A stretch of DNA of 64,000 nt, from positions 1,472,001 through 1,536,000 of the forward strand of contig CP182352.1 of NCBI GenBank assembly GCA_048571215.1, read 5' to 3'. The translations under genes and the position numbers were made by a program. Each line of letters opens with the position of its first letter. The first letter of the stretch is position 1. Below, in pieces: positions 28,349 through 40,400 of this stretch. A model generated the notes under the pieces. That model did no database searches and had not been told where the DNA came from. It saw only the letters and a list, made by a program, of their open reading frames with translations. The stretch comes from Halarcobacter sp. GTDB lineage: Bacteria > Campylobacterota > Campylobacteria > Campylobacterales > Arcobacteraceae.

Positions 28349-29092
28349 ATGGTAAAAGTAAAAAACTTATCAACTTCATTTGATGAAAAAGTTGTACACA
28401 ATAATATCTCTTTAGAGATATACAAAGGGGAAATCTTTGGTATCTTAGGGGGAAGTGGAAGTGGTAAAACCACCCTGCTTCGTCAAATGATTTTATTGGA
28501 TGAAATTCAAAGTGGAGATATAGAGATATTAGGACAAAATATCAAAACAATGAGACAAAAACAAAGAGATTATTTGAAAAAAAACTGGGGTATTCTTTTT
28601 CAATTTGGAGCACTATTCTCTTCACTTAATGTTATTGAAAATATTGGTATAATGTTAAAAGAGAATACAAAACTTCCAAAAGATTTGATAAATGATATAG
28701 CCTATACAAAACTTAAAATGGTAGGTCTTGATTCTAGTGTTGGAAAACTTAATCCAGAAGAATTAAGTGGAGGTATGAAAAAAAGAGTTGCACTTGCACG
28801 AAGTTTAGCCCTTGACCCCCAAATACTTTTTTTAGATGAACCAACTTCAGGACTAGATCCTGCTAGTGCTAAAGCTTTTGATAAACTAATTGTTGAACTA
28901 AGGGATATGTTAAATCTAACTGTTGTTGTAATTACCCATGAGTTAAATACTATAAAAGATGTATTAAATAGGTTTTGTATTATATCAGATGGAAAGCTTG
29001 TATTAACAGGTACTTACGAAGATGCAATAAATGCAAATAATGTTAAAATAGATAAGTTTTTAAAACTACAAAGGGATAAGTTTGGAAAATAA
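28349..29092 (+). CDS. MlaF-family ABC ATPase
   Basis: GGSGSGKT, FQFGALF, LSGGMKKR, LDEPTSGLDP. Confidence 0.92.
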   Translation: MVKVKNLSTSFDEKVVHNNISLEIYKGEIFGILGGSGSGKTTLLRQMILLDEIQSGDIEILGQNIKTMRQKQRDYLKKNWGILFQFGALFSSLNVIENIGIMLKENTKLPKDLINDIAYTKLKMVGLDSSVGKLNPEELSGGMKKRVALARSLALDPQILFLDEPTSGLDPASAKAFDKLIVELRDMLNLTVVVITHELNTIKDVLNRFCIISDGKLVLTGTYEDAINANNVKIDKFLKLQRDKFGK

Positions 29093-30008
29093 AGCAAGAT
29101 ATACTTTAGTTGGACTTTTTTTAGTTATATTTACTGTAGCTATGGCTATATTTATTTTATGGCTTGCACGATATGATATAAAAGAGATAGAAGCAAAAGA
29201 GTATAGAGTCTATAGTAAAGTTTCAGTTGCAGGACTAAATGAAAATTCAATTGTGCAATACAAAGGTTTAAATATTGGAACAATTGATAAAATAGGTATT
29301 AACCCAAATAATTTAGAACAAGTAGAGATTATACTAAAAATTACAAAACCTGAAATTATAAAAACTGATAGTTTTGCTACTATTCAATCCCAAGGAGTAA
29401 CAGGAAATAAATATATAGAGATAGATGGGGGAACACAAAATGCCCAAGCTCTACAAAAAACTATTGATAAAGAGTATGCAATAATTCCATTAAAAAAATC
29501 ATTCCTTGATAAACTTACAAATAGTGCTGATAATATAAGTTCACAAATTGAAACTGTTTTAAAAAGATTTGATAATTTATTAGATAAAGAAAACTTAGGA
29601 AATATAAAAGAGTCTTTAAAGAATTTAAACAATAGTTCTGAGGATTTCAATAAAACTGTAATAAAAGTAAATACCCTTATAGATAAATCTATCACTAAAA
29701 CAGTTGAAAATGTTAATAATATGTCTAAATCAATTGATAAAGTTGTTAAAGAAGATGTTTCTAAAACATTAAATAATATTGATACTTTAAGTGTTGAAAT
29801 AAAACAAATAGTAAATGAAGATGTAAAAGAGCTACTAAAAGATTTAAAAACTACTGCAAAATCTTCACAAGATATTGATAGAGTTTTAAATTCACTAGAA
29901 AATACTTTGGATAAAATTGATAGTACCGTTGAAAATTTTAATCAAAATGGTGGTGATATGATATTTAAAACCAGAGAAGTAAACTATGGTCCAGGGGAGA
30001 AAAAGTGA
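29082..30008 (+). CDS. MlaD/MCE-domain protein with helical tail
   Basis: N-terminal TM, VAGLNENSIVQYKGLNIG, QGVTG MCE motifs, coiled-coil tail. Confidence 0.9.
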   Translation: MENKARYTLVGLFLVIFTVAMAIFILWLARYDIKEIEAKEYRVYSKVSVAGLNENSIVQYKGLNIGTIDKIGINPNNLEQVEIILKITKPEIIKTDSFATIQSQGVTGNKYIEIDGGTQNAQALQKTIDKEYAIIPLKKSFLDKLTNSADNISSQIETVLKRFDNLLDKENLGNIKESLKNLNNSSEDFNKTVIKVNTLIDKSITKTVENVNNMSKSIDKVVKEDVSKTLNNIDTLSVEIKQIVNEDVKELLKDLKTTAKSSQDIDRVLNSLENTLDKIDSTVENFNQNGGDMIFKTREVNYGPGEKK

Positions 30009-30595
30009 AAAAATTAGCAATAAGTTTAGTTTTAACAATACTATTTTTTAGTGGATGTATAAGTATTACAAAAGAGTTACCAGCTTTTAGTACTTATTCT
30101 TTAAATATAAATGATAAAAAAGTTAGTAATAAATTTTATGATATCTCAATAAAAATAAATGAACCAAAAGCTATAAATAGTTTAAATAGTAAAGCAATAA
30201 TGTATTCAAAAGACTCAACTTCTCTAGAAAGTTATGCTTTAAGTAGATGGAGTGATAGACCTTCAAAACTTATTCAAGAAAATATAGCAAAATTTTTAAC
30301 AAAACAAAACTCATATAAACTTATCTCAACTTCTAATATAAAAGTTCTTAGTGATTATGTGATAAATAGTGAGATACAAGAATTTAAACATCAATTTGTA
30401 GGAAATAAATCTTTTGCAGTTTTTTCTATTAGAGTGTATCTAATCAATGAGAAAACAAATAGTGTAGTTTTTAAAAACTTCTCATATAAAAAATTACTAA
30501 AAGAAAACAATGCAAAAAACTTTGTAGATACAATGAATTATTTAGTATCAGTTTTTGCTATAGATTTAAATAAATATATACAATCTAAAGTTTAA
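30005..30595 (+). CDS. PqiC / ABC transport auxiliary lipoprotein
   Basis: Lipobox FSGC, RWSDRP motif; last gene of an MCE operon. Confidence 0.82.
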   Translation: MKKLAISLVLTILFFSGCISITKELPAFSTYSLNINDKKVSNKFYDISIKINEPKAINSLNSKAIMYSKDSTSLESYALSRWSDRPSKLIQENIAKFLTKQNSYKLISTSNIKVLSDYVINSEIQEFKHQFVGNKSFAVFSIRVYLINEKTNSVVFKNFSYKKLLKENNAKNFVDTMNYLVSVFAIDLNKYIQSKV

Positions 30596-30600
30596 AAAAT

Positions 30601-30621
30601 CCCATTTGAATTTCAAATGGG
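30601..30621 (+). terminator. Hairpin after the MCE operon
   Basis: CCCATTTGAA-T-TTCAAATGGG inverted repeat. Confidence 0.55.
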
Positions 30622-30728
30622 CATAACTGTAACTTCAAACTTCTAATCATAAATTTATTAACTATTTTATCTTTTTAATAATCTTTTCTTAGTTATAATT
30701 TAACCAAATTTTAACAAAAGGTTTTAAT

Positions 30729-32219
30729 ATGGCTAAAATTACAGAACAAGATATTATTGATAGTATAGCTGATGCATGTCAGTTTATTTCATTTTACCAC
30801 CCAGAAGATTTCGTAAAAGGGATGGTAGAAGCTTATGAAAATGAAAAAAGTGAATCTGCAAAAAATGCGATTGGACAAATATTAATCAACTCAAAAATGT
30901 GTGCAATGGGTCACAGACCATTATGTCAAGATACAGGAAGTGTAAATATTTTTGTAAAAGTTGGACTAAATGCAAACTTAGATATTAAAAAAGAATTAGT
31001 AGATTTATTAAATGAAGGTGTAGCTAAAGGATATACAGATCCAGATAACACATTAAGATATTCTGTTGTTTCAGATCCAGCAGGGGCTAGAACAAATACA
31101 AAAAACAATACACCAGCTGTTATTCATGTAACAGTAGATAACTCAGATGAGTTAGATATTACAGTTGCAGCAAAAGGTGGAGGAAGTGAAAATAAATCTA
31201 AATTTGCTGTATTAAATCCAAGTGACAGTGTATATGACTGGGTTATGGAAAATGTTAGACAAATGGGTGCAGGATGGTGTCCTCCAGGAATACTGGGTAT
31301 TGGTATTGGTGGAAATCCAGAAAAAGCTATGCTTTTAGCAAAAGAGTCTTTAATGGGTCATGTTGATATCCATGAACTTCAAGCAAGAGGACCACAAAAT
31401 GCTTTAGAAGAGCTAAGACTTAAACTATATGAAGATATCAATAAAATTGGTATTGGAGCACAAGGGCTTGGTGGTTTAACTACAGTTGTTGATGTTAAAA
31501 TCTTAGATTATCCATGTCATGCGGCATCACTTCCTGTTGCTATGATTCCAAACTGTGCTGCTACTAGACATATTCACTTTAAATTAAAAGGTGATGGACC
31601 AGCAAAATTTGATAAACCAGATTTAGACCTTTGGCCAGATATTGAACTTCCAATGGATACAATCAAAAAAGTAAATATTGAAGATTTAACAAAAGAGAAC
31701 CTATCTCAATTTAAATCGGGTGATACTTTATTATTATCAGGAAAAATTTTAACAGCAAGGGATGCAGCTCATAAAAAAATCGTTGAGTATAAAAATGCTG
31801 GTAAACCACTTCCAAATGGAGTTGATTTAAAAGATAGATTTATCTACTACGTTGGACCAGTTGATCCAGTAAGAGATGAAAAAGTAGGACCTGCTGGACC
31901 AACTACATCTACAAGAATGGATAAATTTACAAAAGATATGATGGAAATAGGTATTATGGGTATGATTGGTAAAGCTGAAAGAAAGCAACCAACTATTGAT
32001 TTAATCAAAGAGTATAAATCAATGTACCTAATTGCAACTGGTGGTGCTGCTTATTTAATTTCACAATCTATTAAAGATGCAAAAGTATTGGCATTTGAAG
32101 AGATGGGGATGGAAGCTATTTATGAGTTTGAAGTGAAAGATATGCCTGTAACTGTTGCAGTTGATACAGAAGGTACTTCTATTCATACAACAGGTCCTGC
32201 AAAATGGAGAACTATCTAA
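30729..32219 (+). CDS. Class I (Fe-S) fumarate hydratase
   Basis: PLCQDTG, KGGGSEN, GWCPP, NCAATRH, ARDAAH, GPTTSTRM motifs. Confidence 0.93.
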   Translation: MAKITEQDIIDSIADACQFISFYHPEDFVKGMVEAYENEKSESAKNAIGQILINSKMCAMGHRPLCQDTGSVNIFVKVGLNANLDIKKELVDLLNEGVAKGYTDPDNTLRYSVVSDPAGARTNTKNNTPAVIHVTVDNSDELDITVAAKGGGSENKSKFAVLNPSDSVYDWVMENVRQMGAGWCPPGILGIGIGGNPEKAMLLAKESLMGHVDIHELQARGPQNALEELRLKLYEDINKIGIGAQGLGGLTTVVDVKILDYPCHAASLPVAMIPNCAATRHIHFKLKGDGPAKFDKPDLDLWPDIELPMDTIKKVNIEDLTKENLSQFKSGDTLLLSGKILTARDAAHKKIVEYKNAGKPLPNGVDLKDRFIYYVGPVDPVRDEKVGPAGPTTSTRMDKFTKDMMEIGIMGMIGKAERKQPTIDLIKEYKSMYLIATGGAAYLISQSIKDAKVLAFEEMGMEAIYEFEVKDMPVTVAVDTEGTSIHTTGPAKWRTI

Positions 32220-32227
32220 TTTAAATA

Positions 32228-32256
32228 AAACAAAGGAGTAAATCCTTTGTTTTTTA
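32228..32256 (+). terminator. Intrinsic terminator after class I fumarase
   Basis: AAACAAAGGA-gtaaa-TCCTTTGTTT followed by a T run. Confidence 0.7.
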
Positions 32257-32373
32257 TAAACTTTTCCCCTTAACTTTAAATCTATCCTATTTTTAAAATT
32301 TTTTGATGTATGTTATACTTATTAGATAATAAGCTTCCTTTTTAAATAGGAATCACTTTAAAGGATAACTCTC

Positions 32374-33768
32374 ATGGATACAAGAATTGAAAAAGATACT
32401 ATGGGTGAAGTTGAAGTTGCAAATGACAAATACTGGGGTGCCCAAACCCAAAGAAGTTTACAAAACTTCCCTATTGGGGAAGAGAAAATGCCAAAAGAGA
32501 TAATTGAAGCCTTTGCATATTTAAAAAAGGCTTGTGCACTTGCAAACAATCAGCTTGGATACTTAGATGATATAAAAACAAAAGCTATATCACAAGCTTG
32601 TGATGAGATTGTATTAAAAAAACTTGATGATAATTTTCCTTTAGTTGTTTGGCAAACAGGTTCTGGAACCCAATCAAATATGAATCTAAATGAAGTTATT
32701 GCAAATAAAGCTACTGAAATTTTAGGGAAAGATTTTAGACTTGAAAAACTAATCCATCCAAATGATGATGTAAACAAATCCCAAAGTTCCAATGACACCT
32801 ACCCTACTGCCATGAAAATCGCCTTTGTACTTACAATACAAAAAAACCTAATCCCTTCAATAACTAAATTAAAATATACCCTTGAAGAAAAAAGTGTAAA
32901 GTTTAGTGAAATAGTAAAAATTGGAAGAACTCACCTGCAAGATGCAACTCCCTTAACACTTGGTCAAGAGATATCAGGATATGTTGAGATGTTAAATAAG
33001 GCTTTGATGCAAATAGAAGATTGTATGAAATACTTATGTGAACTAGCTATTGGGGGAACTGCTGTTGGTACAGGAATCAACTGCCATAAAGATTTTTCAA
33101 ATCTTGTGTGTGATACTTTAAATAATCTAACAAATACAAAATATAGTTTTATCTCCCATCCAAATAAATTTCATGCACTAACATCACATGATGCAGAAGT
33201 TATGTTAAGTGGTGTTTTAAACGCCCTAGCCTCAAATCTAATGAAGATAGCAAACGATATTAGATGGCTCGCATCAGGTCCAAGATGTGGCATAGGTGAA
33301 CTAAATATTCCTGAAAATGAACCTGGAAGTTCTATAATGCCAGGAAAAGTAAATCCAACACAAAGTGAAGCTATGACAATGGTTGCCGTACAAGTTATGG
33401 GAAACCACACAACAATTTCAGTTGCTGCTAGTCAAGGAAATTTTGAACTAAATGTATTTAAACCTGTGATTGCTTACAATATCTTACAATCTATTAAACT
33501 GCTAAGTGATACTATGCTTGCATTTAATGACAACTGTGCTGTTGGTATTGAGCCAAATATGAAAAATATAGAAAAATATCTTAATGATTCTTTGATGTTA
33601 GTAACTGCTCTAAACCCATATATAGGTTATGAAAAAGCTGCACTTATAGCAAAAACAGCCCACAAAAATGGAACTAGCTTAAAACAAGAAGCTATAAACT
33701 TAGGATTCTTAACTAAAGAGGAGTTTGAAAGATATATAAATCCCAAAGATATGACATATCCTAAATAA
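32374..33768 (+). CDS. fumC: Class II fumarate hydratase
   Basis: [40 protein letters not shown]. Confidence 0.96.
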   Translation: MDTRIEKDTMGEVEVANDKYWGAQTQRSLQNFPIGEEKMPKEIIEAFAYLKKACALANNQLGYLDDIKTKAISQACDEIVLKKLDDNFPLVVWQTGSGTQSNMNLNEVIANKATEILGKDFRLEKLIHPNDDVNKSQSSNDTYPTAMKIAFVLTIQKNLIPSITKLKYTLEEKSVKFSEIVKIGRTHLQDATPLTLGQEISGYVEMLNKALMQIEDCMKYLCELAIGGTAVGTGINCHKDFSNLVCDTLNNLTNTKYSFISHPNKFHALTSHDAEVMLSGVLNALASNLMKIANDIRWLASGPRCGIGELNIPENEPGSSIMPGKVNPTQSEAMTMVAVQVMGNHTTISVAASQGNFELNVFKPVIAYNILQSIKLLSDTMLAFNDNCAVGIEPNMKNIEKYLNDSLMLVTALNPYIGYEKAALIAKTAHKNGTSLKQEAINLGFLTKEEFERYINPKDMTYPK

Positions 33769-33782
33769 CATAAACTTAATAT

Positions 33783-33815
33783 TTGACAAAGTTTGACAAT
33801 ATGTTTTGATATATT
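33783..33815 (+). promoter_or_regulatory. Promoter: TTGACAAAGTTTGACAA direct repeat + 10 nt + TATATT
   Basis: Identical 17-mer with the same spacing to a -10-like hexamer also at 51987-51955 on the minus strand. Confidence 0.7.
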
Positions 33816-33849
33816 ACAACCTAAATATATAATATAGGAGTAATATATT

Positions 33850-34461
33850 ATGCAAAACTTATCAATTTTGATAATTGACTTAGAAAATAACCTAAATAAA
33901 AGAGTTGAAAATATACTTAAAACAAATTTTAATAATATATTTTTTGTGAATAATGAAGATAATGTATTAAAAACATATAATCTTCATTATCCAGATATTA
34001 TATTTACAGATTTAAATCCTAATAATTATTTCAATTCTAATTTAATTACAAAAATAAAAGAAAACTGTAGTACTATAGTTATACTACCTGAATTTAAAAC
34101 CTTAGAGCATCTTTTAGAAACAATAAAAAATCATTTACTTAATTACACAATAAACAGATCTCAGATACAAAATAATACTATAATTCAATTGACTAGTGAA
34201 TATAAATGGAACAAACAAGAGAAAATTCTATTTTATTATAATAAAATTGTAAACTTAACATACTATGAAACACTTTTATTAGATAAACTAATTTCGACAC
34301 CTAACTACTGTGTTTCATATGAAGATATAGATTATCATGTATATTCAAATAATGAATTTAGTAAAAATTCATTAAGCTCATTGATTAAAAGATTAAGAAA
34401 AAAAATACCAAGCATATTGATTAAATCGTGTTATAGACAAGGATATAAGATAGTTATATAA
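33850..34461 (+). CDS. OmpR-type winged-helix regulator with degenerate receiver domain
   Basis: C-terminal wHTH (LTYYETLLL...SLIKRLRKKIP...GY). The receiver keeps IFTD but lacks the Thr/Ser and Lys-Pro motifs. Confidence 0.8.
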   Translation: MQNLSILIIDLENNLNKRVENILKTNFNNIFFVNNEDNVLKTYNLHYPDIIFTDLNPNNYFNSNLITKIKENCSTIVILPEFKTLEHLLETIKNHLLNYTINRSQIQNNTIIQLTSEYKWNKQEKILFYYNKIVNLTYYETLLLDKLISTPNYCVSYEDIDYHVYSNNEFSKNSLSSLIKRLRKKIPSILIKSCYRQGYKIVI

Positions 34462-34488
34462 AATCTAGTATTATTTTATACTAGATTT
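34461..34488. terminator. Bidirectional terminator-like hairpin between regulator and TpsA
   Basis: AAATCTAGTAT...ATACTAGATTT inverted repeat between convergent stops. Confidence 0.6.
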
Positions 34489-37400
34489 TATATGCTAATT
34501 TTTTTCTTCTTTTTATCTTCCTGCTTTTTAATTTCTTGATTAACTCCTGAATCTGTATTTTTTCTTGGAGTGTTGTTGCTTGTACCTGAAGGAGTTACAA
34601 ACAATACTGGTTGTTGAGTAGGAGTTGTTAAAGGCAATGTTTGAGGTGAAGTTGCAATTGGATTATTTATAGTAGTAGTTGTTGTCCCTATAACTGATTT
34701 GATATTTGTTGAAGTATCTTTTTTCAAGTTATTTATATTTATCCCTGTGATATAGATTCCATTTGAAGCTTTTGTTGTTAGGAAACCTTCCTTTAAAGAT
34801 ACATCTATTTGTTGAGATGAACTACCAATTGAACCAGTCAATGCCACTAAAGAGATATCCCCTGTGCTTGAAGATAAATTAGCTCCTGAATAATCTTCAA
34901 CTTTTAAAATATTTCCATTTAATGATTCTAAATCAATATTATTAACTGCATTGATAGAATTAATTACTAAATCATCACTAGCAACTATCTTTACATTGTC
35001 AGCTGACATTTTACTTTCTTGGGTTAATTTTCCTAAAGAATTTATTGTAATATTTTTTTGTGCATCGATATTAAAATTACTTATAGAAGCTAAATTTGTT
35101 ATATTTACTGAATCTTTTGTTTTTGCAATTAGCTTAAAACTATTAACAATTGCATTAATATCTCCACTTAAAGTTGATAAACTTACTGTATCACCAGCTT
35201 TTAATACCCCACTATTTTGAACAATTCCATAATATGACTCAAAATCTATATTCCTAGCACTTATATCTCCATTTTGTTCTATATCTGAAGATGCCCTAAC
35301 AACAAAATCCCCTAATAAACTATTACTGTTCAATACTGCTCTATCTGTTGTTAAGTAAATTGAACCATTAGTAGATGAGATAGAATCCTCATTTTGATTA
35401 AAATCTTTTACTTTTAAATTTATATTATTTTCTGCTTGTAGGTTATTTGTACTAGAAGCTTGGTTATTTGTAATATCAATTGAGCCTTGAGATGTAGCAA
35501 CTACATTTGAAGCATTTACATTTGCAACTATATCTAATCCTGCTTCCATATTTAAGTTTGTTGAGTTAACTTCTTTTGCATCTATTGTTAAAGCTTTTAA
35601 GTTTACATCTTGTGCTTTTACACCATTTAGGTTTAATCCCAAATCTGATTCTAAATAAGCCCTATTTTTTGCTTGTGCTTTTATTCTTGCACTATTAGCT
35701 TTAAAGTAATTTGATGATGTTCCTATATCTGCATTTGACGAAACCAATTCTAAAGAGTTTGATCCATTTGTTACAGAGTTTATTTGTGTTATATCATTTA
35801 CTGCTTTTAACACTACATCTTTTGCAATTATATCTCCTGTTTGTAATATTGTTCCATTTGATTGTATTACTAATCTATCTTTTGCTTTCATTGATTTTAT
35901 TGATGCATTATCTACATTTATATCTATTGAACCATTTGTTGCTTCCATAGTTGCATTTACTAATTCTTTTCCTACATACTTAATATCATTTACTGCTTGT
36001 AGGTTATTTGTACTAGAAGCTTGGTTATTTGTAATATCAATTGAGCCTTGAGATGTAGCAACTACATTTGAAGCATTTACATTTGCAACTATATCTAATC
36101 CTGCTTCCATATTTAAGTTTGTTGAGTTAACTTCTTTTGCATCTATTGTTAAAGCTTTTAAGTTTACATCTTGTGCTTTTACACCATTTAGGTTTAATCC
36201 CAAATCTGATTCTAAATAAGCCCTATTTTTTGCTTGTGCTTTTATTCTTGCACTATTAGCTTTAAAGTAATTTGATGATGTTCCTATATCTGCATTTGAC
36301 GAAACCAATTCTAAAGAGTTTGATCCATTTGTTACAGAGTTTATTTGTGTTATATCATTTACTGCTTTTAACACTACATCTTTTGCAATTATATCTCCTG
36401 TTTGTAATATTGTTCCATTTGATTGTATTACTAATCTATCTTTTGCTTTCATTGATTTTATTGATGCATTATCTACATTTATATCTATTGAACCATTTGT
36501 TGCTTCCATAGTTGCATTTACTAATTCTTTTCCTACATACTTAATATCATTTACTGCTGTTAAATCAACTTGACTTGATAGGGCATTATTATTTATATCT
36601 AAATTTATTTTTGAATTTGCAATAAGCTTTGGAGTATCTACCCTTGCAATAATATCTCCATTAACTGCATATAAACTTACTGTATCACCAGCTTTTAATA
36701 CCCCACTATTTTGAACAATTCCATAATATGACTCAAAATCTATATTCCTAGCACTTATATCTCCATTTTGTTCTATATCTGAAGATGCCCTAACAACAAA
36801 ATCCCCTAATAAACTATTACTGTTCAATACTGCTCTATCTGTTGTTAAGTAAATTGAACCATTAGTAGATGAGATAGAATCCTCATTTTGATTAAAATCT
36901 TTTACTTTTAAATTTATATTATTTTCTGCTTGTAGGTTATTTGTACTAGAAGCTTGGTTATTTGTAATATCAATTGAGCCTTGAGATGTAGCAACTACAT
37001 TTGAAGCATTTACATTTGCAACTATATCTAATCCTGCTTCCATATTTAAGTTTGTTGAGTTAACTTCTTTTGCATCTATTGTTAAAGCTTTTAAGTTTAC
37101 ATCTTGTGCTTTTACACCATTTAGGTTTAATCCCAAATCTGATTCTAAATAAGCCCTATTTTTTGCTTGTGCTTTTATTCTTGCACTATTAGCTTTAAAG
37201 TAATTTGATGATGTTCCTATATCTGCATTTGACGAAACCAATTCTAAAGAGTTTGATCCATTTGTTACAGAGTTTATTTGTGTTATATCATTTACTGCTT
37301 TTAACACTACATCTTTTGCAATTATATCTCCTGTTTGTAATATTGTTCCATTTGATTGTATTACTAATCTATCTTTTGCTTTCATTGATTTTATTGATGC

Positions 37401-40400
37401 ATTATCTACATTTATATCTATTGAACCATTTGTTGCTTCCATAGTTGCATTTACTAATTCTTTTCCTACATACTTAATATCATTTACTGCTTGTAGGTTA
37501 TTTGTACTAGAAGCTTGGTTATTTGTAATATCAATTGAGCCTTGAGATGTAGCAACTACATTTGAAGCATTTACATTTGCAACTATATCTAATCCTGCTT
37601 CCATATTTAAGTTTGTTGAGTTAACTTCTTTTGCATCTATTGTTAAAGCTTTTAAGTTTACATCTTGTGCTTTTACACCATTTAGGTTTAATCCCAAATC
37701 TGATTCTAAATAAGCCCTATTTTTTGCTTGTGCTTTTATTCTTGCACTATTAGCTTTAAAGTAATTTGATGATGTTCCTATATCTGCATTTGACGAAACC
37801 AATTCTAAAGAGTTTGATCCATTTGTTACAGAGTTTATTTGTGTTATATCATTTACTGCTTTTAACACTACATCTTTTGCAATTATATCTCCTGTTTGTA
37901 ATATTGTTCCATTTGATTGTATTACTAATCTATCTTTTGCTTTCATTGATTTTATTGATGCATTATCTACATTTATATCTATTGAACCATTTGTTGCTTC
38001 CATAGTTGCATTTACTAATTCTTTTCCTACATACTTAATATCATTTACTGCTGTTAAATCAACTTGACTTGATAGGGCATTATTATTTATATCTAAATTT
38101 ATTTTTGAATTTGCAATAAGCTTTGGAGTATCTACCCTTGCAATAATATCTCCATTAACTGCATATAAACTTACTGTATCACCAGCTTTTAATACCCCAC
38201 TATTTTGAACAATTCCATAATATGACTCAAAATCTATATTCCTAGCACTTATATCTCCATTTTGTTCTATATCTGAAGATGCCCTAACAACAAAATCCCC
38301 TAATAAACTATTACTGTTCAATACTGCTCTATCTGTTGTTAAGTAAATTGAACCATTAGTAGATGAGATAGAATCCTCATTTTGATTAAAATCTTTTACT
38401 TTTAAATTTATATTATTTTCTGCTTGTAGGTTATTTGTACTAGAAGCTTGGTTATTTGTAATATCAATTGAGCCTTGAGATGTAGCAACTACATTTGAAG
38501 CATTTACATTTGCAACTATATCTAATCCTGCTTCCATATTTAAGTTTGTTGAGTTAACTTCTTTTGCATCTATTGTTAAAGCTTTTAAGTTTACATCTTG
38601 TGCTTTTACACCATTTAGGTTTAATCCCAAATCTGATTCTAAATAAGCCCTATTTTTTGCTTGTGCTTTTATTCTTGCACTATTAGCTTTAAAGTAATTT
38701 GATGATGTTCCTATATCTGCATTTGACGAAACCAATTCTAAAGAGTTTGATCCATTTGTTACAGAGTTTATTTGTGTTATATCATTTACTGCTTTTAACA
38801 CTACATCTTTTGCAATTATATCTCCTGTTTGTAATATTGTTCCATTTGATTGTATTACTAATCTATCTTTTGCTTTCATTGATTTTATTGATGCATTATC
38901 TACATTTATATCTATTGAACCATTTGTTGCTTCCATAGTTGCATTTACTAATTCTTTTCCTACATACTTAATATCATTTACTGCTGTTAAATCAACTTGA
39001 CTTGATAGGGCATTATTATCTAAATATGATGAACCATTTGTTGCTTTTGCACTAAAAATATTTGCATTTACTTTAAAATAGTTAGATGAAGAACCAATAT
39101 TTCCATTTGTAGAAACTAATTCAGTAGAATTTGAAGCATCAATTATTGAATTTGTTTGTATCATTTCATTAGCTTTTAACACTACATCTTTTGCAGTTAT
39201 ATCTCCTGTTTGAGATATTGTTCCATTTGCTTGTATATATAATTTCTCTTTTGCATCTACTGTTTTTAATACTGCGTTATCTACTGTTAAACTTATTGAG
39301 CCACTACCTGATTTTATATTATTACTTTGCACAAAATCTTTACCTATATATGTCATATCATTTTTAGAATATAAGGTATTCTGACTTGATTTAGCACTAT
39401 TATTTAAACTTATTGAACCAAGACTAGAACTAGCATCTACATTTTTACTATTTATATTAGCAGTAAAGTCATTTGTTGAACGTACTAAAAGATTCTGAGC
39501 ACTTAGGTTAGTTGCATCAATAGATGATGCTTGTAAACTTACATTGTCACCAATAATACTAGATATTGAAAAACCAACTGGATTAGAAAAAGAATATTCA
39601 GATAGATAGATATCTTTACCAATTGCTGAAATATCTTTTGTAGCATCAATAACTATTGAACCCCCACTATTTGATCCTATATTACCATTTGATGCAATTA
39701 AATTAATATTACCACTTTTAATCATTGAACCATTTGATTCAATACCAGCTGTACTTAAAATATTTAAGGTACCATTTCCATTATCAATATTTTTTGTTAA
39801 ATTAGTTTTTACATTTTGAGTATTTGTAATATTAATAATTCCATTGTTTTGACCAAGTTTATTAAATTCAATATTTTGATTTCCTGTTAAATAACCATTT
39901 AATAAATCAATATCTTGTCCATCTAAGGTAAAACTAGCATTATTTTTACTATTTGTTATAGAACCTAAAGATAAATCTCTTAGAGTATTATTTTGTATAT
40001 CTATAGTTGGTGTTCCATCAAATAAAGAGATAGTTCCACTTCCTAGTAAACTACCATCATCAAAACTAATAGAAAAGTGCCCACCTGAAGTAGAAATATC
40101 TTTTAATTGTATCTTATCTGCTGTAGCACTTTCAACATATGAATTACCAGCTAAAGTATTTTCAGATAATTGTATATATTTTGCTTGAGCTCCACTTGTA
40201 ATTGTTGCATTGTCAAAATAAACATCAATCTTATTATCTACACTTATATCAATATCTCCAAAAGCACTTAAATTCTTTATACTATTTCTTGTAGGTATAT
40301 TCCCCACTCCTATATAATTTCCTTGTGCATCAAACACTGTATACTTTCTTGTGTCATACATATCAAGAAATAAATCTTCTTTTGATTCCATACTCAATAT

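Noticed and set aside
35711..38938. Five identical 79-aa Leu-rich ORFs on the + strand that resemble a multicopy small gene
   Set aside because: Antisense shadows of TpsA repeat unit A; used only as repeat markers.
35177..39019. Possible CRISPR array or tandem IS copies
   Set aside because: Units are 372-561 bp, in frame within a CDS, with no unique spacers, cas genes, terminal repeats or transposase.
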